Source: Lama glama
Taxonomy: Eukaryota
Assembly (NCBI GenBank): GCA_028534125.1
Contig: CM052816.1
Coordinates: 87,174,001 to 87,238,000 of the forward strand
Reading direction: 5' to 3'
DNA: 64,000 nt
Part shown: positions 1 to 11,946 of the stretch, one piece after another
How positions within the stretch are numbered: position 1 is the stretch's first letter
How the letters are laid out: every line of letters starts with the position of its first letter
The notes under the pieces: generated by a model
Told to the model about the DNA's origin: nothing
Seen by the model: the letters and a program-made list of their open reading frames with translations, nothing else
Database searches by the model: none
Position numbers and translations under genes: made by a program

Positions 1-345
1 AAACCACCACCAAATGGAAAAAATTAACTGCTTGATGATCCTGAGCACGTGGCTCTCAGACTTTCTTGGCACCAAGGGGTTGATAGTGTTGACAGCCCTG
101 TTCCCTCAACATCAGCCAATCAGAGGATTGTGCACGAGCCGATCAGGTACCCCACGACCCCTCTCCCTCACCTGGCACTTAAATACGCTTTGCTGAAACC
201 CTACGGGGAGTTTGGGGTTTTCCTGGATATGAGCCACCCAGTCCTCCTTGCTCGGCCTGCAAAAACCTTTCTCTGCTCCAAACTCTGACGTTTTGGTTTG
301 TTTGACCTCTCTGTTCAGCCAGCACAAGAATTTGCATTCATAACA
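1..345 (+). mobile_element. ERV1-class LTR, 3' part (5' end lies outside the window)
   Basis: CCAAT at 116-120, TATA-like CTTAAA near 178, R/U5-like pyrimidine-rich stretch, terminus TAACA at 341-345. Confidence 0.7.
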
Positions 346-1352
346 GAAACACACGTCAAGCTCCCTCTAAAAGTCTCTCACTACTGTTTGCCCTCCTCAG
401 TGTCCTCCTTGGGGAGGGCCTATGGTTTCTGAAACCTGAGTAGTTTTGGACCAGAGAGTGATGTGCCTGACTGCTTCACACAGGGGCGGTCGCCCGTGTC
501 TGTGGTGAGCCTCTTGAACAGGTCTGTCCTTACTGTTTAATGTGCAGCATTCACATTGAATCCCTTGGATATCTAAAGAGTTAAAAATTTTAAATTAAGA
601 AGAATGGCTGTAAGCTCTGCTATGTTCTCTCCTCCTACTGTGATAAATATGCCGTCATGAGGACAAAATAAAACATGGTGTATAAAGCAACAAACTACAC
701 CACACGCTCACTCAGCCCCCCTCTCCATCACTGTGGGATCTCTTTAGGATAAGCACTCATTGTCTCTCACCATATGGGGGCTGGTTTCCATTCTTCTGGA
801 GGCCTGACTGTTTTCCCACTTATTACCCTCTCCCACCCCCACAATTCAGGGGCATCAAAAAGAGCACAAAGGCTGAAATTACAAAGTTTCTTCTCACCTC
901 TTCAGGGGCCAGGTGACCACCTGACTACCTGGTGCCCCACAGGAACCCTCCCCTCCCACCTTCAGGTGTTTATAGGAGTTCGGGACTATAAGGCTGACTT
1001 TGAACTTAGAATTCTGCTGCTTGCAGGAGTTGGCACGTGGCTGGGCAGAGAGAGCTCCTCTGCTCCAGGCAATGGCCCATCCTGCATTTTCTACACCAAA
1101 GCTACTTCCAGCACTTGGAGGGTCCTTGTGAGTATAAGAAAACACCCATAGGTACACAAGTTCTCCCAAACAGGCCATCTTTGGACCCAGCACGCTTAGT
1201 ATGTGCTCCTGGCTCTGGAACCTGCCCACAGGAGGTGGAATCCTGGGAAGCAACTTGGCCTTGTTCATGCTATAATACAAGTTGGGGACTTTGTGCTGAG
1301 AATTACATGGTTCTAGCTTCTTGAAATTTAGTCAAGAAGGGGTCACTTGGGC

Positions 1353-1720
1353 AGTTGAGAAATATAATTAAAAACAAAATTTCCTCCTAATCCAGAAAAC
1401 CTCTCCACAAAGGTGGAAGAGACAGAAAACAATTTAAATATTGAAAATATATTAAACCATAGTATGATGTGCATCACAGGCCCCCATTTAAGAGCCTGCC
1501 AAGACAGAAAGGAATCCCCCCCTATTATGTAGCCAGGAATCTACCACCCATGACATGCATGGCCTCGAAATAAACCACAACTGGTCCTCAAGTAAGAGGA
1601 CTCGACAGCACCATTTGTCACACATAGTTCATCCTAAATTCACTTCATTGTTGAGGTGACTCTCTGTGTTAGCTTATTGGCTTTTACCAAATATTTCTCT
1701 TGTGTTTTTTTATGAAACAG
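1353..1720 (-). mobile_element. Old ERV1-class (MER-group) LTR fragment
   Basis: Recalled similarity to a eutherian LTR consensus (ccagaaaacctctccacaaagg...gtcctcaagtaagaggact...cacatagttcatcctaaattcac); family name uncertain. Confidence 0.55.
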
Positions 1721-3149
1721 TTATCCTTTGTTGCTCAAGAAACACTCTTGCAACAAACAAATCTGCTCCTCAGAGAATGAGGGTTCTTGCTCTTTGCTCA
1801 GCCCCAGGTATTTTAAAGATAACCCAGTCCTAAGTGGGCTTCATCTCAAAAAAATGAATCTTTCGGATTTATTTTAAATTAATCTTAGAATTCATTCTTG
1901 CAGAGTCAGGCCTTATTCTTTTTGCTACTATTTCTTTTTAAAATGTCTCTTCTTTAGGGAAAATGCTTAATATTCATAGCATTAATTTGTTTTATGGAAA
2001 ACATTTAAAAATGGAAGTAACAGAACAATAAGAATTTCAAAGAAGTTATTACTATTACTTAAATAAATATGTATTTAATGTTTTGTATGTACTAACATGT
2101 CAATAATAGAAAAATATTTGTTTTAAGATATTTTCATGTGTTTTTTAGTTTGTATATTTCAGACTATTTTATTTTGTAGCAAATCAAATGTTTTATTTTA
2201 CAAGCTGAAATCAGCATCTTTAAGTTACGTTGGTCAAAACATCTCCAGGATTCATGATAAAAAAATTTAAGGAATTTTTTTTACACATGTAAGTTAAATC
2301 AGAAGTTATTTTTTATTTATAGCATCATGTAATTTTAGAGCTAAAATAAAATTGAGATACCATTTAGGGGACTCACTCATAGAGGTCATTTAAAGATTTC
2401 AAAAGAATTAATTTAGGAGTTCTCTCTCATTTTACAGAGTAGTAAAATGAACTTCAATGGAATCAGGCAACCTGAATAAAATCACACAATTAATGAGGTG
2501 TAGAGACAATAGTAAACTCCAAATTTCCTGATGGCTAGTTCAGTACTTACTGTGTTACATAAGAATAAAGTCGTAGAATGCAAGCAGAAACAAGAAAATA
2601 TGTTACCATCAAGAAAAAATTATCATCAAAAATAAGAACTGAAGTGTTCCATATTTCAGTACAGATGTTAATTAAAAATTAACAAATAATAAATAGAAAA
2701 TTAAAAACTTGCTAATACACAAAAGTACTACTGAAAACAAGTATGACAAATACAAAAATCTTACAAATTGATATTTTATTTTATGATTGATTTTATTTAA
2801 AGAATGCAAATGTACTCTTCCATGAAACAAATAGATACATTTATGAAGATTACTTATCTGATAAAATAGTACTTCATAACAATCTTCAGTGCTCAACACA
2901 GGGCATCAGTAAAGGTCCACACTCTTTCTTATCAGCATGAGAAATATAAAATATTAGCCTTCACAGGGAGTGCTAAAAACATATAAAAAGAAAAAGTGGA
3001 GGAGAAAAGGGAGGGCAAACACTTAAATCAGGTAAAACATGGCGGGTACAGTGCAGTCTCTAACACGTAAGTTGATAATCACAGCTGTCACTTGCACACC
3101 CATCCATTTACTTTTCTCCTGCTCATTGGTCAGGAATACGGCTGCATGA

Positions 3150-3790
3150 GGTTCTCAAGCCCTCATTCTTGTCGGAACCTGATGTGTGATGATCTTCTCT
3201 TGACTGAGCTGCTACTAATTCTACTGACCAGGATGAGGAACACTAAGAGTCATCTCAGTGCTCGCGTTGGTCTAGAATACCCTCTTTGTTCTTGGCGCAC
3301 ACCAGTAACCCAACTTCCTCTGGTAACTGGAGCCAAGTTCATTAGATCTTATGGTGACACTCTTTTCTGGCTGTTGGTTCAGTGGAAGAAAGAACTTAAA
3401 ATAGCCGAGGAATAGTCTCAGATTCTAAGTCCTTAGAATCCTGCCTGTGTTCGCTGGTGGAAGCAGCCCTCTCTTTGGCCCTGGGGTTCACCAACTGACT
3501 GACTCCGAGACATAGGAGACTGTGAGCAAATTTTCTTAAGCTCTGTTCTTTGGCTATATGAAAAGAGCAGTCACTTTTGACTCTACTGCTTGGTTCCCTG
3601 ATCCATTCATTATTGCTTTGGAGAAACGGGACCATATATTGGACACTGCATTAGAGCATCTTTCACACGTGCTTCTAGAACCCACATGCACAGGGTAATA
3701 TGACCCAGATCGCACTCTAACTAAACTTTCAGCAGGCCCCTGGTAGACCGATTCTTTCAGCAAGTATTCAGTATTTTCTCTGGTAGCTTC
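3150..3790 (-). mobile_element. ERVL/MaLR internal relic: integrase C-terminus and downstream dUTPase-like region
   Basis: Minus-strand peptide AIMNGSGNQAVESKVTALFI resembles ERVL ARIHGSRNQGVE..VAPLTI; nucleotide similarity continues (ccaatatatggt...cttccaccag...); frameshifted. Confidence 0.7.
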
Positions 3791-3839
3791 TTCCCTGTCT
3801 AAGCTCAATATACACTTTCACCTGCCTGACTTTAGCTTT

Positions 3840-4150
3840 AACTTAGTTACAGAACACAGCAGATGTGACCGTGCCAATTTTGAGCAGAACACAGGCTTTA
3901 CAAGGCATTTTGTGACCCCTGTCAGTTTCTTATATTCCTGTCATGAGAAGATCACTCACAGAATTACTCCTGTTCCTTTATCCTGATCCTTTATATAAGA
4001 TACATGGAGAGCAGTCCTACACTGGAGCTCAGCTAAGCCCAAGTAAGCCCAACAAAATCTTTAGATCCACAGCTGGCCAGCCAGACCCTGGTGCAGAAAT
4101 AATGTTTGTGTTTTAGGGCACTGAGGATCTGTGGTCATTTAGTGCTACAA
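3840..4150 (+). mobile_element. Probable MLT1-type LTR remnant inserted in the ERVL relic
   Basis: 3' end gaaataatgtttgtgttttagggcactgaggatctgtggtcattt resembles MLT1 termini; 5' boundary uncertain. Confidence 0.4.
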
Positions 4151-4445
4151 TCATATTTCCAGTTCCATCAAGGCAGCTGCTTCTAGGTGATGGGGCATAT
4201 TTAGTGGTGAGTTCTGTGGCCATGAAGTCATTATTTCACAGCCTTCCTTCCAAATGATAATTGTCAAAAGTGATTTTGGGTGAAATACCATGAATGGTGG
4301 CATAAATCCACAAATGGTGGAGTTAGCAGAAGCACCGTGGGGAGGGGGGGATTTCATATCAGACTTGGTGATGTGCTCTTCCAACAGGAAAGCACCATCT
4401 CGTCCACAGGTAATCATCCTGGCTGCAGGTTGCTGAATGACTTCT
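4151..4445 (-). mobile_element. ERVL integrase core relic
   Basis: ORF 4151..4468(-) contains ASANSTICG (ERVL ASAKTTIRG) and PHHLEAAALME (ERVL PHHPEAAGLIE). Confidence 0.8.
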
Positions 4446-4450
4446 GTAGG

Positions 4451-4651
4451 GTAGGGTTTGGTAAACATGGGTCAAGTCCTGTCTGTTTTTGTTAATAAAG
4501 TTTTATTGAATTGTATCTACACACATTTGTTTACTTCCAGTTTAAGACTGCCCTGGAGTTATAATGGCAGGCAGAGTTGAATAGCTACAATAGAGACATT
4601 ATGGCCCACAGAACCATCTGACTACTTATAGACAAATTTTGCAAACTTCAG
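4451..4651 (+). mobile_element. MER58A-like hAT-Charlie DNA transposon
   Basis: tgtttttgttaataaagttttattg...ggcagagttgaatagctacaatagagac...tggccca matches the MER58A consensus; about 200 bp. Confidence 0.8.
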
Positions 4652-4703
4652 CCCAGCTGGTCTCTGCTAAGATCCATATCTGCAGCTTAGGTTTGACTTC
4701 TAC

Positions 4704-5188
4704 TGTTAGAGCAGGCAGTCAGCTAGATATGAGCAGAGAAAGAGGGATATCGGACACCACACATCTTGTGGCAGCAGGGGTCCTAGAGGCAGACAAAGAA
4801 AGACGAGAAAAGGCGGGAATCTCTGGCTTTCAAATGTAACTTTTTATGCCCTCGTTATAATAAAATTGCAGACAAGAAGTACCCACTATACACCAAGCCA
4901 TGACACTCCTGATCAAGACCAAATAAGGTCAAACCCACCACCACCTTTGGAAAGTGGAGCTGGAATGAAAATCAGGGAATATGACCCCAAACCTCTCCCT
5001 CCTTAATGAGTATTCCACCCAATCATTTTTACATGTCATATAACCAGCTTTCTAAAGGAACTCAGGGCAGACACTCACCTCCTGAGTGTATACTGTTGCT
5101 TCATACATCCTTGCTTTGCTTATTTGGCCTCTGTGTCTCATCTCTGAATTCTTTCTGCAATGAAACAAGAACCTACTCTCCAGTAACA
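4704..5188 (+). mobile_element. ERV1-class solo LTR (485 bp)
   Basis: TGTTA...TAACA inverted termini; 4-bp TSD CTAC at 4700-4703 and 5189-5192. Confidence 0.85.
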
Positions 5189-5339
5189 CTACTGTTGCAG
5201 GGGTGATCACCCAGCATTTGGTTATAGTCAGATCAGTTTCAATGAGGAAAAGGACAATTTGGGCTGATATACTCTCTCCATCCCTGCCAACTCAGCCACT
5301 TCGGATACAAGGGCCCTCTGAGCCAGCACCAGGTTCAAG

Positions 5340-5600
5340 ATGAGGAAAGATACCCACTAACATTTACAAGATAAATCTAACCTCTCCTCCAGATCTCCCA
5401 ACAATCAACTTTTCAACGATGTTCTGGTAAATTCCTGACGAATTGGCCACGTTTTAGCTCTTGCTAATGGATCAGTTTAGGGCCACATATCAGGCCATCT
5501 CTCCTCAGTGGACAATTAGTTGTGTCACTTGAAGTTGTGATGATTGGGGAGTATTTTCCTTTGACCCTCTCTTTCTGGGTCACCCCTGAAATCAGAGTCA
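5340..5600 (-). mobile_element. ERVL pol RNase H-region relic
   Basis: Minus strand gaggagagatggcctgatatgtgg...actgatccattag...gagatctggaggagagg resembles ERVL EKWPDVRLYTDSW...EIWGRG coding DNA. Confidence 0.6.
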
Positions 5601-6135
5601 TGGGCTGGCCAGGTCAAGAGATTCAGTGTTGCAACATGGCCTTAGGATGACACAGTTCATCACTTTGATAACTTCCGTCTAAAGAAGACCTACAGAGCAT
5701 CACAAGCTTCTAGACTGAAAATATTTTGGTGCTCTTCTGAAGACAGTCACTTGCCTAACAGTGACATCTCCTCAGCATGATGGAAGTGAGGTCCATAGAG
5801 CTCCATGTGATTCTTCTCCACGTCCCCACCTCCCCCTCTACCCCAGATGCAGCCCCTCCCATCTCCCCACTAAGAGACCACTTGCAAGAAGGACGGGGTC
5901 TGTTTTTTTGGAAGAGGAAGGTGAGCATTAAAAATGGAGTGTAAAGGGCAGTTATGAAGATAGCATGAAGTTATTTACATGAGCTATTTTTAAGTGAGAA
6001 AGCAGAATATAAGATACCGATACATACATGTATTTATGTAGATGCAAAAATGCATACTCATAAAATGGTATTTTTAAATAACATGTATCATGGGCATAGT
6101 TTGAATACACTTCTAAAACCAAGACAGGGCAACCT

Positions 6136-6181
6136 GTGTGTGCGTGTGCATGTGCGTGTGTGTGTGTATGTGTGTGTGTGT
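6136..6181. repeat. (TG)n microsatellite, imperfect
   Basis: tgtgtgtgcgtgtgcatgtgcgtgtgtgtgtgtatgtgtgtgtgtg. Confidence 0.9.
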
Positions 6182-6388
6182 TTGAGATGATACATATTAA
6201 CCGTTCTGTGGTTGCAGGTGAACATGTGATGTCAAGAAAGGTGAAGTCACTCAGGGGAGGTGGTGAAGCCGTGGGAAGGAAAAGGCCAAACCCAAAACTA
6301 AGAGAGTTAATTTAGACTGAAATGGAAGCATCTATATTTTTATCACATTTATGCATGAATTTAAAATTATGCAATTGTGTGGGTATAA

Positions 6389-6441
6389 TGTGTGTATATA
6401 TATATACACATACACGCATATACACACATATATATATATAT
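6389..6441. repeat. (TG)/(TA)/(CA) compound microsatellite
   Basis: Direct inspection. Confidence 0.85.
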
Positions 6442-6769
6442 GAATACTAAAAAAGCTTTAAAAGGTGGTGAGGGGAGTGCAGGGGTCTGGAAACTAAAGG
6501 AGCAGCTTTTCCCACTTCACAGTTTGCACTGGGCATGTTAAGCATGTGCCTGCTCCGGCGAGTTCCAGGAAGCTTGTAAGAAGCAAAAATAGTTTTTCCA
6601 CTTAACATTTTACTTGTAGCCAAATTTCTTCACAGTGTATTATAGATGATTTAGAGAACTTATGATAATTTTCTTACATAAGTGAAAAACTGCTCCATCC
6701 CGGTGCCCCCAATTAGAATTATTAGGATATAAAAGCAAATGTTAGCAAGCTTATAACAATCATGTATAA

Positions 6770-6900
6770 TAATGAGACCCAGCCTTCATTTAGCTCTTAC
6801 TATGTGCAGGCACTTTTGAAATCATTTTAACGTATATTTACTCCATTAATCCTCCCAGGGACCCTAGGAGGCAAATACTGATTTTAAGCACATTTTGAAA
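6770..6900 (-). mobile_element. MIR SINE, first part (split by MLT1)
   Basis: cttactatgtgcaggcac...attaatcctcccagggaccctaggaggcaaatact. Confidence 0.65.
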
Positions 6901-6904
6901 ACCG

Positions 6905-7503
6905 CATTTGCCTTCTAGGCTGTGCGGCAATCTATCGCAAACTCTGCCGCTTAATGTAACACAGATCTGTCCTCTCTCTGTGTCCCAGGGCCAGGAGTCT
7001 GAGGGTCATGGCGTTGCTGAACCCACTGCTGTGAGACTTGCTTGGCTAAAATCAAGGTGCTGCTGTGCTGTGCTTCTCATCTGGAGCTCAAGGCCCTCTT
7101 CTAAGCTTATTCAGGTGTTGATAGAATTCTGTTCCTTGTGGTGAACGGGGCTGAAGCTCTGCGGCCTCAGGCTGGTCTTCCTCGCAGGCGGTGTGGAGCA
7201 TGGCCGTTTGCTTCTCTGCTACCAGATCAAACTGAAGATGTCTACTGCTGCTTCAGATCCATCTGACTTCCTTTCTCTGACGTCTTAGCCACCTTTAAAA
7301 TTGGCTCATCTGATGAGGTCATGTCCACCTGGGGTGATCCCCTTTTATGATAACTGAGAGACAACTGATTAGTGACTTAATCATGGGAATAAAATCTCAT
7401 TATATTCAAAAGTCTCTCCTGCGTTCAAGGAAAGGTGATTGAACAGGATGCACACACCAAGGGTGGGCATCTCTAGGGCCATCTTAGATCCCTGCCTACT
7501 ACA
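6905..7503 (-). mobile_element. MLT1E/F-like MaLR LTR
   Basis: ggctaaaatcaaggtg...tcttctaagcttattcagg...gggccatcttagatccctgcctactaca terminus. Confidence 0.8.
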
Positions 7504-7616
7504 TAACCTAAGGCAAAGCGTAGAGGTGTAACTTGCCCCCATCCCAAATTTAGAGTCACTGAAACCCGGGCAGTCTGTATTTAAATTCCATGTTGATAAC
7601 CACCATGTTATACTGT
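7504..7616 (-). mobile_element. MIR SINE, second part
   Basis: agaggtgtaacttgccc...tgaaacccgggcagtctg...taaccaccatgttatactg. Confidence 0.6.
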
Positions 7617-7666
7617 GTTATGAAGGAAAAGAGTTTCGGTTCACACCATCTAGACATTATATTCAA

Positions 7667-8172
7667 TATCAAGGACTATGAAGGATGTGAGATTTTTATC
7701 CTACTGGCAAGCTAACTGGTCAGCCTTCTGCAGGTTCACGGAAGCTGGAAGAAGACACAAGATTCCTTTGTCAGATACAAAGGACAGTCTAATACTCACA
7801 GAAATGACAGGAGCAGAGTCTCAGCATTTGCACTGGTTTTCTGAGCCTTAATTCCTATGGGGTGACATGAACAGGGCCATGTGGTATCTGCACATGCATT
7901 GAATTGTGTTACAGGAAGAGATTCCAGTTTAGGGAACCAGATTGCTTACACCGGACACAAGCCAGCCTGATATTTGTCCAAAAGGAAATGCTATTTAATT
8001 ATACTAGACAGTAAGCAAATCTACCTTTTATCAATAGGAAGATACTATCTCCATTTCCCAAGGCAGTTTACCCTACAGCCATCTTTGAAAAGATAGTGCT
8101 GAACACAAGCAGTCAAGGTTCTGTGTGCAAGTTACGTGGACACTTGAGAAATCCGTGAATTACTGTCCAACA
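7667..8172 (-). mobile_element. 3' LTR of a deleted provirus (LTR40-like)
   Basis: Homologous to 9908-10382; followed at 8173-8195 by a minus-strand polypurine tract (AAGAGGTGGG). Confidence 0.75.
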
Positions 8173-9907
8173 ATACCCACCTCTTGTTTCTATTCCATTT
8201 CGGTTTCCAATGAATTTTTCCACAATGACATTGGGCTCTGTGATTAATCTTACTGACAGAGGCTGGGACAAAATCCATCCAATATGTCCCATAAAATTTT
8301 AAATTAACTTTACTACCAGTAATACTGCAAAGAGCTGCCTAATACCAATCTGGAGTATTGACCGCAAACATGTTCCCTAAGATCCTAAATCCAACCAAGT
8401 GAAAACCATTTCACAAACCATCGAGGTCTACCTAAACAAACCAGGTGGCTACCTCAGGTTTTTCTATTGACCTTTCCACTTGACCTGCAGTCTTAGTCCA
8501 GGTAAAGCAGAACAGGTTGGAGACTTGCCCAGCAAAGGGAAAATCTAAGAAAATCCTTTCATCTGTAACAACACAGGCAGTGAGTTGAAGATGGCCTGAA
8601 AGCCCTCCAGGGCCATGGTGGTGTCTGATCACTTGAGCTAAAGTCAAGAACAAGTTTCATACGATCTTTTCCGATTGGATGACTCCCTGTCCAGGGAAAC
8701 TGCCCACAGCAGGCACATAAATAATGAGTTGGTTGTCCCTCTGGAAGCTCTGCTGAGTGAGCAAAGGTAGTCTGATTTTGGATAAATGTATCTGTATCTT
8801 TGAGGGCTATGTGATGCACGGTGGTGTTTGCTTAAACACTTGCAGGTGTTTTGTGACCACCCTTCAGGTGCCAGTTGCTGTGTATTCAGAAAGGAGGCAA
8901 CTTAGTACCTTCCACACAAGGAGTATTGATCCAGTGATACACACAGTGACTTTATGAAAAATTTCAAAAAAATTGTGATTTAGTAGTGTTAAAAGTGGCT
9001 TGCACAGTGGTGACTTTTTTTTTTTTTAGTCTCCCTGAATTGAGGACATCTGCTACCCCCATTTTCATGCTAACACTCTAAAGTTTTTGCCATGTTTCAA
9101 TATAAGGGCTTGGAGATTTTTCCAAAGTTGTAGGATTGACCCTAAGGGATTAACTAGTATTCTTCGGGTGAGTTTGCCATTCTTCAATTGCTCACTGGGG
9201 CTGTAAAAGCCTGAACACAAATCAATTCCCTCTGTAATTGCCCACCAGAGCTTTTCCTATTTCAAGGAAATCTCTCCTCAGGGCTGAGATCTCTCTTGCA
9301 GCAGCCAGGGGCAACAGCAAAATACAAAACTTCCTACGATCATACTTGAATGGTCTAAAGTTGGCATGAGAGACTGCAGAAGGGGCTGACCTTCAAGACA
9401 ATCTAGCTGTTGTGGTTCCTCATTAGCAAATACAAATGCCCATCCCCTTATCTTCCAATTAACCTGTCCAACATTGTAATGAATTGCATGTTTTTTCCCA
9501 CTAAAGTTTCAATTTCCCTTGTTTAATACTCAGCATAGGTGCATGTCCCTGTAACTGTTGACTGAAAGAGGGACCTTCGTAGTAGTTTGAACAGAGACGT
9601 GGACTTGAGGCTGACTACCAGATTGGCCAGATTCATCCAAAGGAGCATTCCCAAGAAACAGGCCCATTCCAACAGCTGTCTCTGAACATACATCTTGGTT
9701 GTGGCTGCAAGCACCTTCTCAATTATTCCTCATTAATAGACAAGAGCAAAGAACTGTTTTTTTGTGCAGTAACTGACTATAAACTTTGGTTGACGTATTT
9801 TTACTACATATTCCTATGGACTTTATCTAAATCCTGGTAACTGCCCCCAAGATCTTCCTACTTCCTATTCCAGAAACCTATGTTTCTATTGATTATTTTG
9901 TTAACAC
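8173..9907 (-). mobile_element. Internally deleted ERV internal region between two LTRs
   Basis: Bounded by two same-family, same-orientation LTRs; contains PPT and env relic. Confidence 0.65.
8300..8760 (-). pseudogene. env: Retroviral env transmembrane-subunit remnant (gamma-type)
   Basis: Frameshift-joined reading FPWTG/VIQSEKIV*NLFLTLAQVI/DTTMALEGFQAIFNSL/ACVVTDERIFLDFPFAGQ..CFTWTKTAGQVERSIEK..ATWF gives a fusion peptide, heptad repeat, ISD-like motif and degenerate CX6CC region. Confidence 0.75.
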
Positions 9908-10382
9908 TGCCAAGAACTGTGAAGGATTTGAGACTTTGTCTACTTGAAAGCCAACAAGCTAGCCTGTTACAGTTTTATGGATGCTAGCAGAGAGCATGGG
10001 AATTTTGAGGCAGAGACAAAGGACAGCTGATTACACATATAATTAGAAGCAGCAGAGAATTAGCATTTTTTGCCAATTCCCCAAGCTCTAAAGCAGTAGT
10101 TTGCTTACAGGGAAGAAACCTCAAACAAACAAATCCAAAATTTTTATGATGTCCCATGAGCCAACTTGATCTCTGTCCTGGAGAGTATCGCAACTCTTTA
10201 TTGTACCTAACAATCTAACAGCTAACATATCTATTTTTTCCTCTTAAAGGAGGTACTCTCTGTATCTCGCAAGGCTGTTTATTAAACAAAATCCTGGAAA
10301 AACAATCCGGAGTAAAGGCAGCCAATGCCTTTGCTTATAAGACACGTCAAAAGATAAGACTCAGGGAAGATCGTCCCCAATA
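9908..10382 (-). mobile_element. 5' LTR of the deleted provirus (LTR40-like)
   Basis: tgccaagaactgtgaaggatttgaga...cagagacaaaggacag...caaggctgttta...ccccaata aligns with 7667-8172. Confidence 0.75.
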
Positions 10383-10489
10383 TATATTTACCTCTTTAAT
10401 ATCATTCCCTTTTTTCAAAGAATAACATAGTAACTTTCCTTAAAAGGACATAAGTCTGCATGTGGTATATATTTTATAATCACAAAAGT

Positions 10490-10730
10490 TGCTAACACTT
10501 TATTAGGCAGGCTCTGACTTACATATTTTTACATATATTAACTCCTTTAATCCTCACCTCATTCCTACGAGGTGATATTATTCTAAACAGTTAGAAGATG
10601 AACACATCAAGATACAGAGAGTAATTAAAATGTCTAAGTTAATAGCTAAGAGGTGTTAACACCGGAACCTGAGGAATTTTAATTCCTTTAATTCTGTCTT
10701 GCTGGTCCATGTTCTTGGCCTCCAAACTAG
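10490..10730 (-). mobile_element. MIR SINE
   Basis: ttacatatattaactcctttaatcctcacctcattcctacgagg core. Confidence 0.7.
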
Positions 10731-10819
10731 GATGACAAGAAGACTGCAGGGACTCACAGCCACCTCTGCAAGATGTACATCTCTCATCACTGCATTGGAC
10801 ACATGACAATCCCTCAATG

Positions 10820-10990
10820 CATGGTAGTGAATATTAGGTACTCCTATTATGTTTTATGTTCATTTTCAAATGTAGAAACTGAGACTTAACACATGTGAGG
10901 TAACCAAGCACTCTCAGATAATAAATATTTAGAATTTGGTTTTAAACTCAAATTTTAATGATTGTAAACACTATGTTCATATGAAACAAC
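10820..10990 (-). mobile_element. MIR SINE fragment
   Basis: cattttcaaatgtagaaactgagactt core. Confidence 0.55.
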
Positions 10991-11461
10991 CCCATGCTTT
11001 TCTGAAGAAAAGATATTCACTAGACACTTTAACATATTCCAAAATTTATTACAATTAGTTGAAAAGTACTGCAAAAGTCAAAATAAAAATCAATAAATAC
11101 AAAAATATAATGGTGTAATTTACCTACTATTTATGCAAATAGAATATAGTGATTTAATGCAGTTTCCTAGACATATTTAAAAACTGGAAAGATGTTTGCA
11201 TATAACATTCAGTACCATGATAAACATGGCTAACTACTTCATGGCTATGCTTGACTACATCTATTTTGTTTTTGAGTATTAATTCTGACTCAAGAAAATT
11301 AATGTGTATCATTCAAAGGAAATTAGATCTTATTCAGTAGCTCAGTGTTTCTCAAAGATTGTTTAGAAAACCAGTGAGGTGCCACCATGCTCATAGTATC
11401 AGCACTTTTGGGAGTTTGAACTAAGAATCTGCTCCTGTTAACAATATCCCCAGTGATTTTA

Positions 11462-11946
11462 TTTATTTTTATTTTTTTTGCTTTCATCTTTATTTTTTTA
11501 ACATTTTTTATTGATTTACAATCATTTTACAATGTTGTGTCAAATTCCAGTGTTCAGCACAATTTTTCAGTCATTCATGGACATATACACACTCATTGTC
11601 ACATTTTTGTCTCTGTGAGTTATCGTAACATTTTGTGTATATTTCCCTGTGCTATACAGTGTAATCTTGTTTATCTATTCTACAGTTTTGAAATCCCAGT
11701 CTATCCCTTCCCACCCTCCACCCCCCTGGTAACCACAAGTCTGTATTCTCTGTCTGTGAGTCTATTTCTGTCCTGTATTTACACTTTGTTTTTGTTTGTT
11801 TGTTTGTTTTTGTTTTTTAGATTCCACATATGAGCGATCTCATATGGTATTTTTCTTTCTCTTTCTGGCTTACTTCACTTAGAATGACATTCTCCAGGAG
11901 CATAATGCCATTTGCAGCAACATGGATGCTCCTGGAGAATGTCATT
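11462..11946 (-). mobile_element. Young camelid-type LINE-1, 5'-truncated with 5' inversion
   Basis: T-rich tail from 11462, L1 3'UTR to about 11903, sense-flipped segment 11901-11946; TSD CCCAGTGATTTTA at 11449-11461 and 11947-11959; same family as 43604-45208. Confidence 0.92.

Noticed and set aside
774..1324. Three overlapping 95-128 aa ORFs in a GC-richer patch
   Set aside because: No recognisable protein and no splice structure; more likely an unrecognised old LTR.
11453..11833. Hydrophobic 126-aa ORF resembling a membrane protein
   Set aside because: It is a translation of the antisense L1 tail and 3'UTR.
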